Under the pieces are notes generated by a model that made no database searches, was not told the origin of the DNA, and was given only the letters and a program-made list of their open reading frames with translations. The position numbers were made by a program, and so were the translations under genes. A DNA stretch of 64,000 nucleotides from Octopus vulgaris (Eukaryota). Positions 52,554 through 64,000 of this stretch are shown piece by piece. The first letter of the stretch is position 1; the number at the start of each line of letters is the position of its first letter. The stretch covers positions 27,218,001 through 27,282,000 of the forward strand of contig OX597825.1 of assembly GCA_951406725.2 (NCBI GenBank), read 5' to 3'.

Positions 52554-55500
52554 CAATAATTTAGGATTTAGCAACAAGTTGCTTCACAACATACCAAAGA
52601 TTTAGAAATGGCAGTCAAATATCTAAGCGAGGTGTATAACGCAAGGTACACTTCAGGCAGATGATATATAGATTAAAGAAAAGTCAGTATTTCTTAACGT
52701 GTTGTACGAGCAAAATAACAAAGTACTAGTACGTAACAGGTACACAAAAACTGCCAACCCAGGAGGTATGAAACGGATAATATATCCCGGATTTAGATAA
52801 CTGGAATAAATGCTACATGGCATTTTGAGTGATGCTCGAGTGATTCTGCTGATTGAAAACTCTCAATAATTACTAAAATTCACGCAAACCTATTTACTCT
52901 AGGATGAAGGCAGTCGATTAATTCTAATCCAATAATTACTATTCATTTCATATACTTCGGAATAGAAAATGGTTATGTCTACCAGGATAGCATTTTGACT
53001 TGGTTGTAATGGAGGCTGATCTGAATTCAGTAATCGTCTTGTGCCGCTGGTGTAACGACTACTCCACCATGAAAAGCTACTATAATAATATATTCAATAG
53101 AATATATAGTTCAGCTTTCATAAAATTACTCAAAGGATGCACTTACTTCAGTTTCTTTTACTAAATCTCAATTTCGTTCTGTGCAAGAGAGGGAAAAAGA
53201 CAAATGCATTTTGTTATCTTGGCAAAGTTTGCTAACACAAAACAAGAATCTTTGAACTATATACTGCTTAGTAGTATAACGTTGCTGAATATCAGGTAAT
53301 AGAAATAATAGAGTATAATACTAATAGCAATCAATGCAGTATCATTACTGTTTGTGTCTTGGTTTTGATCGTGTTAAGTAGAGTAGATTGCATTTAAATA
53401 TGTGCGCGAAGTTATTACAACAAATGATTGCCTCCCTCACGAGAGATTTGAGAAAATAAGTATTGTTTATCAGAGTGTAAATGTTAAAATAGGTGCTTTA
53501 TAGCAAGTGGTTTCTGCTTCATGTTTCTATAATAAAATCGCGTTGAGATCGACATTAAGATAACAGATGCATTCGTGTGGAACGATATGCATTCGCCGAT
53601 AATCAAGTCAGTATTTTATTGCGTATGTAATGTAGAAAACCTGATGTACATACAAACTATATCGCTCTCTTCGTCTGAATAAATGCTTTGGCTGTTTCTT
53701 TCTGATTCCAGCGAAGTAGAAAAAGAAATGTTACAGCTGGATGGATCAGCCTGAGTTTGGTTTAGTTTCTCTGTTGAATATGTTTTGATATTCGTAAGCT
53801 GATAATATTTATAGGGAATACTTCACGATCACTTGGGTACGTGGTATGAAATGTAATGTTATTGTAATGCAGGCATCTTTAAAAAACAACATGCGTACTT
53901 CATATTTACGTAGATTCTCTAAACTTATATTTTGACAAAAGAAAATACTATAGATTCCTTTGTTTGTTTCATTCTGACAAAAAATATCTACCATTCAGAT
54001 ACAATAATTGTAGACCGCCATATATGACTGCTCCTAAATGCCGTCTGTTCGAGTCTTTATAGTGAGGGATATGCAATTATCTGTCGATCATCTATGTAGC
54101 TATGTACAATATTGTTCCTTAAATTATGGGCCATTGTCGTGTGGAAGGCAAAGTCTTGAATACAGCCCAGAAATAGCTTCAAATAAATGCCATAATGTAC
54201 GTTTGCCCATCTTTCTTCCGTAAATTTAGTTAAGTTGTTTTATGGCAAGAAATTGCCACCGGATTGAGTGACTGGTACTTACCCAATAAAAAATACAATG
54301 CTCCGGCCAGTGGTTGTAGCATTTCTTGCATCTTATTACATATGACTTATATTTTAGCATCAAGTCTCGTGGCTGGCTGGTATATAATCAACTTTCATAA
54401 TGCTCCACTCTATACTCACGATGTGTTCACTCGTCCCCCATATTCTGTCCAGATCTTATGCTCTAGATAACCATAACCTAGAAGTAGGCATATTTATGGG
54501 CCTTAATCGTGATAATCGAAAATATCTTACCCCGACGCTCATTAGGGAGTGGGTGCATATAAGAATACCACAAATGCCAAGGTTAATGGATTTTCTTTCC
54601 AATATATCGATCTTTCTAATTGCACTTGAAATCAATATTTTCGAAATTATAATTCAGTTGTTTGCTATATTCGATGGATCCATGCAGAGTTTGTCAAAGT
54701 AGTGGCCCATGTCTACGTCTACTTTCCTTAATTCCAGTTTTCATCTAGTATTAACGTCTAATGAGTGGTACATTGTAGAAAGATTCTATAAGTGAAGAAC
54801 CACAGCAACCCTCTGTATTGCATTGTTGATATATCGAAACATTGTATTGATATACGCAGCAAAACGTACAAGAACTAGTTATCTTGAAGCTAATTTTCTC
54901 TAGATAGAATACTTGATGACAATGCCCTTCGTAGGTAGGGATGCTATGCAATTCGATGTTTTATTTATTGGTTCATTTGGCATTCCCACAGTTTTACAGG
55001 TTTGTAGGAGTCAACCTACCACCGAAAATCTTGCCATTTAAATTTTATATAATCAACATAGTTAATCACACATATCCTCTTCAATACATTAGCCAAGGTA
55101 TTTTCACGAACATTAACAGTAATATTCACATATACTAACAGTGTTGCAATATTTATGACATATAATTGATGAATATTATATTAGTAAACAAATCTTATAT
55201 ATAAAATCAGTATATTTCACTTATTAAGTGGATTTTAGTTTGTTTCGATATCAAATTTTAACTAGTTTCGATATAAAATTAATCATCGTTTGAGTTGTAT
55301 CCTTTCTTCGGGTGGAACGCTAAATATTTCTGATCGAGCACACATGGTGTTTCTAAATTATGCTGTCGCAGCGTAAGGTGCAATGTTAGTCTCTTTTGTT
55401 ACACTTATACACCAAATTAAACCCAATTACGTCTAAATTCTCAAAGTCGAGGGAAAATCTGGTGTTCACCAAGTGATATGATATCAGTTTTCAATCATTT

Positions 55501-55899
55501 ATGTTTTCTAGCTTAATATCACACATTAAGTCACCGTAAAAATCACACTTTTCGCTTTTTCCAAGCTGTATTTTATAGTTCGCCAACGAAAATGAAATAT
55601 AAACACATGGATTCTCTACAAATCTCAAATAAGTAGGATAAATGAGGCAGAGGCAGAGGGACAATTTTTTTCCATGTGCAACTCATTTGCAAATCCACTT
55701 GAAATGTGACAAGGCTGAGTTTGTCTCTCGGAATATGGACTGTCGTAAATCCTTAATTTAGATTGCTATCCCATTCACTCTTATGAACGGCACACGTATG
55801 GTAGGTGATCAAGTGGTTATCAGGACAAATACAAAAATAGCGACACACGTACTCAGACATGCTCACGAACACACATGCACACAAACACATATATATTCA

Positions 55900-56450
55900 T
55901 ATACACGACGAGTTTGCAGAGTCTCCATCCACGAAGTTTAATTGCAAGGCATTAGTCGGTCAGGGGCTATAGTAGAGAGAAGTGGAGGCGCAATGGCCCA
56001 GTGGTTAGGGCAGCGGCCTCGCGGTCGTACGATCGCGGTTTCGATTCCCAGACCGGGCGTTGTGAGTGTTTATTGAGCGAAAACACCTAAAGCTACACGA
56101 GGCTCCGGTAGGGGGTGGTGGTGATCCCTGCTGTACTCTTTCACCACAACTTTCTCTCACTCTTTCTTCCTGTTTCTGTTGTACCTGTATTTCAAAGGGC
56201 CGGCCTTGTCACTCTCTCTGTGTCACGCTGAATATCCCCGAGAACTACGTTAAGGGTACACGTGTCTGTGGAGTGCTCAGCCACTTACACGTTAATTTCA
56301 CGAGCAGGCTGTTCCGTTGGTCGGATCAACCGGAACCCTCATCGTCGTAACCGACGGAGTGCTTCCATAGTAGAGAGAGATGCACATAGTGCCTCACCAT
56401 AGAACAAATCGGAAACGACATGCTTTCAAAGCGAGCTTCTCAACCACTCA
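55900..56450 (-). mobile_element. Old SINE B fragment, host of a SINE C insertion
   Basis: 'acgacgag..caaggcattagtcgg..ggggctatagtagag', resuming after the insert with 'gtgcc..gcttctcaaccac'. Confidence 0.6.
55984..56366 (+). mobile_element. SINE family C, young copy with 12-bp TSD
   Basis: TSD atagtagagaga at 55969-55980 and 56367-56378. Confidence 0.93.
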
Positions 56451-57292
56451 ATTATTATATGTTATGGCAAATGCCAAAGATGAAGTGATGCATGTCAAGT
56501 AAACATAATTATCCAGATATGTTCAACATAGTTTGAAACCAACTCCCTTAGTTTTCCAATATAAATCTGCCCAAAGAATTATTGCTATTTCTTAAAAGGT
56601 AGATAATGAAAAGGAAACAAACAAAAATGAGAGCAGTCAACTTAAATTAAATTATCGACTCCAACAAATCAAGAAAGTGTGTAAATTCCTTGATCACTGT
56701 AAGACGTGCCACCACTGGAGAGCGTCAAATCTATAAAGGTATTTAATTTGTTGAAACAAACAAACAAAGCAAAGGAAAACTAAATAAAATCAAAAGGAAA
56801 ATCGAAAATGCCTTCTCACAGCCAACAATGAAACCGTGATAAATAGTTGATGCTAAAACATTTAAATGATACCAATGAATTTTGAAAAATAAACGATGTT
56901 TTGAATCAAGATGAAAACAACATAAAACCATGGCGGAAAAAAGGGAAAATAAATAATATAAACATTATTTCTTTTATATTCATTAAGTTAACGCCTTTTT
57001 TTATAATTCGAATGTGTGCATGGCATGGCTAATTTGACTTGTAAAAATGATAAAGTGTTACTGCTGTGCCAAAGCATCTTTATGCTACAAATTAGCATAT
57101 TTCGTGCTAATAATAAAAGAATAAATGCAAAAACATTGAAAATGTAAAGCGAAAAATACATGTAATAAGTTAAATTAATGTTCATTTATAACGAAAGAAG
57201 ATTTAGAATTAATAGTCTCCTTTTCCATTTTAATGCAGTTGTGCAGTTGTATTATTCGTCTCATTGACATACCGGTAGAGTAACAAAAAGCA

Positions 57293-57551
57293 GCAGAAAT
57301 TTTGTGCTAATGTTTAGATGCGATCATTTAAGTGTTTACGATCGATTCTCTTTGGCATCTAGCTTCCATTTCATTCTTTTAACAACCTTTATATTAGTAC
57401 TAGACTTGGTTCGGTTACTTCATCTGAACAACTAGCTGTGTGACTCAATAAATTGCAGATAAGTATTGAGACCAACAGATTTTTAAGTGGAAAGATTAAT
57501 TGCCTTTACGGACACTTATTGCGTCGCTATAGAACGCTGAAAGATAAAAAT
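57293..57551 (+). repeat. ~255-bp dispersed duplication, copy 2
   Basis: Matches 48873-49134. Confidence 0.92.
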
Positions 57552-58058
57552 GAAGAGCCAGACCAAAGCTATTCGAAATCATAGATTTGTCAATGCACGT
57601 ATCCCCTGAATCCTTTAACTAGTCTTATTTAAAGAGGCATTGTATCTGCTACAATTAATAAAGTAATTCCTTCAAAGCATACACTGCCATAAGTTGGAAA
57701 GACAATAATATGTGGGAAATCCTATGAACTACTTCAAGAAAAAACGGTATTTAGCACATCTTAAAGACACTTCTAATTCTACTGAGATATCGTAGATCAG
57801 CACAACTGCAACAACAAAAATAAATATGGAATCGTAAGCCAATAGTATAGTGCAATGTGCTTATGTTTAAAAAACAACAACATTCCTCTAAATATACCAT
57901 GGATCCCTTTTGCTTTCTCTGTTTCCAGGTAAACAATTGGTGTGAAGCAACGTTCTACAGCTGCTGGATGCCATATTGATCATGTGTCTATTATTTCTAT
58001 CGGTGGCAGCGGAGTCGTGAAAACGAAATCCATATTGCGTACTGTAAATGACTACCGT

Positions 58059-58929
<871 letters not shown>

Positions 58930-59689
58930 GAGGGAGAGGAGAAAAAAACGTGAATCGTTCCGGGTATTTCATTGGCACTTTGTTTATGATCTCGTAAAGT
59001 TGAAGAGTAAAACTGATGTCAGCGGAATTTGAAATCGGGGAACAGCCAGGAGAAGGAAAATTGCAAAGGCATTCACCGATATTTCAACGAGTCTGATAAT
59101 TTGCCAATATCAACAATGCTTAAATCAACCGGTATTCGACATAGAAAAAAATGCTCTTCATGTAATGTATGAAATCTGAAATCTCCAATGTACAGCGCTT
59201 CCACTCTCCTGGGCGTTACACTCAATTGATCAGCTATATTTGGTTTGCGTTTGCAAATATGTTGTAGGAATAATGAAAAGGTGCCTGATACATAAGTAAG
59301 CACGTTATTCGATTGAAAAAAATCACTATAAATATGTTCAAACCTCCGAAGTGTGAGACTTACTTGTGTTCTGTTATAATTGGTACCCTTATTAGGTTAT
59401 AGAGTGCGCTGTCTTCTCTTGAAGGAAAACTTGTTCGTATATACGGAAGCACTTCTCTATTATGTTGCCTGTTTGTAAAAGAGTTCCCATGCCTTTCATA
59501 AGACATTCAGAGAAAACAACATAATTATGTGTTTCGGAATGAAACAATTCATTGGAAGAATATCACCGACTTGATTGTTAGCTAAAAGCATACCCTACAT
59601 AGGATATTAGATTTTCTGTACGTGTAAAGACATATGTGTGTGTGTGTGTGCGGGGTTATGAGTGTGCATGTATGTATGTGTGTATGTTT

Positions 59690-60070
<381 letters not shown>

Positions 60071-61278
60071 ATGTTTCTTTATTAGCCACACAGGGCTGCA
60101 CACAGATAGAACAAATTACAAGGTAGAGCTTTTCTTTTGAAGGTTTAAGAAAAAAAAAAAAAAAAAGGAAGGGGGAGTTTCGATCAAAAGGGATCGTAAA
60201 AGGAGAGAAAGAGGACAAAAAAAGGGGGGGTTTAAAAAAAGGGGGGAGGAAAAAAATTGATCAATAGGGATCGTTATCACAGAAATGTCAATGTGAAGTG
60301 TAAAGGGGAAGACAGGTGAGGTTTACCCGTGCAAAGAAAAGCCTACGGAAAAGACCACGGTAACCTCGGTCAATGATGTCACATTTTATATTTCTTTTTT
60401 TTTTTTTTGCAAATAAGCAACTCTCTGTTTTCGATTTCTGGGTTCATAGGACTATGCTCAAGGTGGCTTCGTCATTCATACGTGCCATTCTTGCTACATT
60501 CACCCATCTTTTTTTAAAACATTCGCTAGACAAAACTTGCCTCTCTACTCTCACTTTCCTTTTCAAGTGGTACTTGAAGAAGTTGATGAGAGATTGACCA
60601 GAGAGGAAAGTGTTTGTCTCCAATCCTTTCAGACGCGTCCACCAGATACATTCTTTCGCCATAGCCACAAGGATGATGAAAATAGCTCTTCCTTCCCGTT
60701 TGAAGGAAAGAGGCGTGACAATATTGACGATAGACTCAGCTGATAAACCGACTCGTCCCACACGTGACAGCAGTTGTTCGACATAAGCCCACAGGTCGGA
60801 AATTGTTGGACACTGAACGAGTGCGTGCAGAACGGTTTCGTCGCTCTGACCGCATCTCGGGCAGGTCGGCCCCGTGTTTCTCGAGCCGTGTCTGTAGAGC
60901 TTATCCCGAACGGGTAGCGCTTCTCGGTAGCACTGCCAGGCCAGGGATCTCTGGAAGTTGTCCATGGGCCCTGGCCCGAAAGTCGTCCTGAACAGGCGGG
61001 TCAGGTACTCCTCGTCGACGTCCAGGTTCGCCCCGAGCTCGTCGTCGTACCTCCCCTCCACTAAACCCCTATAGAATGCTTTGGTTGTGTTGAAGTCACT
61101 TAAGGTCGACCCAGGACGGCAGAGTTGCTTGAGAGCAACGCGACACTCGCGGTGCCATTCGCCCTTCCTCGGCCTCTTTTTGATCCACGACTGCAGTTCG
61201 GTCATGGAGACGAGCTGCGGGAAAGCGTGCCTCACAAACGGCGACCACACCTGTTCACCGTCGTCTACATAGAGCCAG
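60071..61278 (-). mobile_element. 5'-truncated Tx1/L1-clade LINE inserted in (GATA)n
   Basis: Uninterrupted ORF2 C-terminus from ~61278 to 60444 with a zf-RVT-like segment (AWQCYREALPVRDKL..CPRCGQSDETVLHALVQCP..W). It has a ~370-nt 3' UTR ending aataaagaaacat and is GC-rich relative to the flanks. Confidence 0.9.
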
Positions 61279-61580
<302 letters not shown>

Positions 61581-62499
61581 TGTTATTATACAGAATACAT
61601 AAACACAACGCGAATATATAAATATTGGTAATCTTACCGTTGTGTATATATATATATATATAAGTGTGTGTGTGTGTATGTGTGTGTGTGTGTATGTGTG
61701 TGTGTGCGTGCAAGTGCAAATGTTTGTGAGACAAAGAAAGCGAGGCACACACACAGAAACAGATACAGAGAGTGAGGAGACATTTTTGTGTCCTTGAAAA
61801 AAAAAGTAAAATAGATTAAAAGAATTTAAAATGATAGAACTGTCATTCTTCCCTTTCAAGCTTTGTATTGTACCCAGGTTTACAGTATATCAGGCGCTCC
61901 CAAGACATATTTTATTTACTTCGCTACCGCTTCTTTTCTTCGAAATGTAAGCAAAAATTCTATACCTACAGGATGGCACTATCAACATTTTTTTTTTCTT
62001 TTTCAAGATCTATTTTATTTTATTTCTTCATTTTACTTTTGCCATGCTAAGCACTGTTGATATTGACTACATCTCAGCAAATAATACCAGCAGCTACCAA
62101 AATTTGCAATTCCTATTTGCATTTGGCTCTTAATTTACTTTAGATTTACAGATGCGACTGCATTAAAGCTACTCACGTTTATTTCAGGGAATTTCTTCAG
62201 AATTAAGTTAGCTCCGCCATTTTACTGCCAGAATTTAGATGCTCTTACAGTTAATTCCGTATTTTTTTTTCTCTACTCTGCAGTAGCTGGGGACTTGGGG
62301 GATATAAATAAACGCTGAGATTTTGTGACATCTACAGAAATTTGAAGTAGATAGTGAAGTTTCTGGAGAACTTACAGGCTAAATCAATGTATGTGTAACT
62401 TAAAATCTATTTGCCCTGCAAGCGGACAGGATTTACAAAGATGAGGGTGGGTTGGGTATGTATATTAGCATCTACTGGCAGTGTTATCGTTGGAAAGGC

Positions 62500-63292
62500 T
62501 CGCGGTAGGGATGGTAATGATGGCGATTATGCTAATGAAAAGTGTATTTATATGAATGATGACCATGGCATCGATGATTGTGATGACTTTGTTCGTGTCA
62601 TTGGCGACGGTGGTGCTGTATATGCTACTCCTAGTGCCGTTGGTTGCACTGAGGTGGTGCTGCTGGGGTTGCTGCTGCTGCTGGGGCTACCGCTGCTGCT
62701 TGTAGTCTAGTGGTGGCGCTAGCAGTGGAGTCGGCGGTGGTTTTCGGGTGCTGATGGTACGCTTGATGCTGGAGTTGGTGATGTATGTGACTCTGTGGCA
62801 CTGACGGACGTGGCGACTCAGAATCATCAAATGAGGAGGAAAACAAAGAGGAAGAGAACAAGAAAAACAAGGACAGAAATAAGGAGAAGGAGGGGAGGAT
62901 AACAGGAGGCGATCAAGATTGATAGGTGAGCTAGAGGACGAGAGTAACCGTGATGATGGAAATGGCAAGGTAATCGTTAAGAGAAAGAGAAAGATGACGA
63001 TGACAAAAGCAATGATTCAACGATGGTGATGGCGGTGGAAATGATGGCTATGAGGATGGTGGTGAAGATGAGGATGATGATGATGATGATATGAAAATTG
63101 TAGGATAAGAAAAAACATCGGAGAAAATGGAGGATTACACTGATCCTAATGGCGTATTCGTTTCTTACACGAAGACATGTTCCATACTTTGCCTTGGAAA
63201 GCTCTTATATAATTGCTAGCATCAACTATGTACATAACTACATCTAGGTTTCTTCTTCTTCTTCTTCTTCTTCTTCTTCTTCTTCTTCTTCT

Positions 63293-63327
<35 letters not shown>

Positions 63328-63505
63328 TTCATCTTTTTCTTCTACTTATTATTATTTTTCTTCTTTTGTTTCTTCTTCTTTTTCTTCTTCCTTCTTCTTC
63401 TTCTTCTTCTTCTGGGTATGATGATGATGATCATCATCATCATCGTCATCATCATCATCATCATTGTCGTCGTCGTCGTCGTCGTCGTCGTCATCATCAT
63501 CATCA

Positions 63506-63583
<78 letters not shown>

Positions 63584-63595
63584 CATCGTCGTCGC
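62500..63595. repeat. Decayed GAT/GCT trinucleotide low complexity, then (CTT)n, (CAT)n and (CGT)n
   Basis: Seen directly; it explains the homopolymeric ORFs. Confidence 0.9.
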
Positions 63596-63598
63596 AAG

Positions 63599-63812
63599 GG
63601 TGGTGAACTGCAGAAATCGTCAGCACGCTGGACAAAATGCTTAGCGCTATATCGTCCGTCTATACATTCTCTGTTTCCAAACCTCTTAAGTCGAATTCGC
63701 CTTACATCCTTTCGGGATTAATGAAATAAGTACCTGTTGATTATCGGAGCAATTTAATCGACTAAAATCCAATCCCAGTATTTCTAGCCTGGTGTCTATT
63801 GTAGCAAGATTA
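63599..63812 (+). mobile_element. Old SINE A with alternative tail
   Basis: 'ggtggtgaactgcagaaatcgtcagcacgctggacaaaatgcttagc..gccttacatcctttcggg'. Confidence 0.75.
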
Positions 63813-63834
63813 ATTGACTATTAATAAATGAAAA

Positions 63835-63945
63835 GCGGCGAGCTGACAGAATCGTTAGCACGCCGGGTAAAATGCTTAGCGACATTTCGTCCGTCTTTAC
63901 GTTCTGATTTCAAATACCACCGAGGTCGACTTTACTTTTCATCCA
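63835..63945 (+). mobile_element. SINE A, 5' half
   Basis: 'gcggcgagctgacagaatcgttagcacgccggg..gaggtcgactttacttttcatcc'. Confidence 0.85.
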
Positions 63946-64000
63946 TTTTGTCCACCGAGCTAACGAGTTCTGCAGTTCACCACTTTTCCGATGATGATGA

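Noticed and set aside
53950-55050. Coding-like decayed stretch with a SYIDD motif on the minus strand
   Set aside because: A single short motif among many stops; I cannot assign a family without a search.
55984-56055. SINE heads as functional tRNA genes
   Set aside because: The cloverleafs are imperfect and continue into multi-copy SINE bodies with TSDs.
62411-63721. Poly-L/I/H/D/S ORFs resembling low-complexity proteins
   Set aside because: They come from trinucleotide repeats open in several frames on both strands, with no domain or exon evidence.

Overview
AT-rich eukaryotic DNA, apparently intergenic or intronic, with no intact protein-coding gene. The repeat content looks like an octopus (coleoid cephalopod) genome; this is inferred from my recollection of the SINE families, not from a search. 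Most ORFs in the track are microsatellite artefacts. The window holds four tRNA-headed SINE families (called A-D here), non-LTR relics (Hero/RLE-like, RTE, two CR1-like, Penelope-like RT), a young Tx1/L1-clade 3' fragment inside a (GATA)n tract, a mariner, a maT-like Tc1/mariner, a hAT MITE, several minimal hammerhead-ribozyme motifs, local duplications and a possible decayed PTP retrocopy. The main result is that SINE A shares its 3' tail (34/42 nt) with the Tx1-like LINE, and that SINE A inserts at GGTAT-containing sites. SINEs B and C also match the CR1-like and RTE tails found in the same window, giving three candidate SINE-LINE partnerships.
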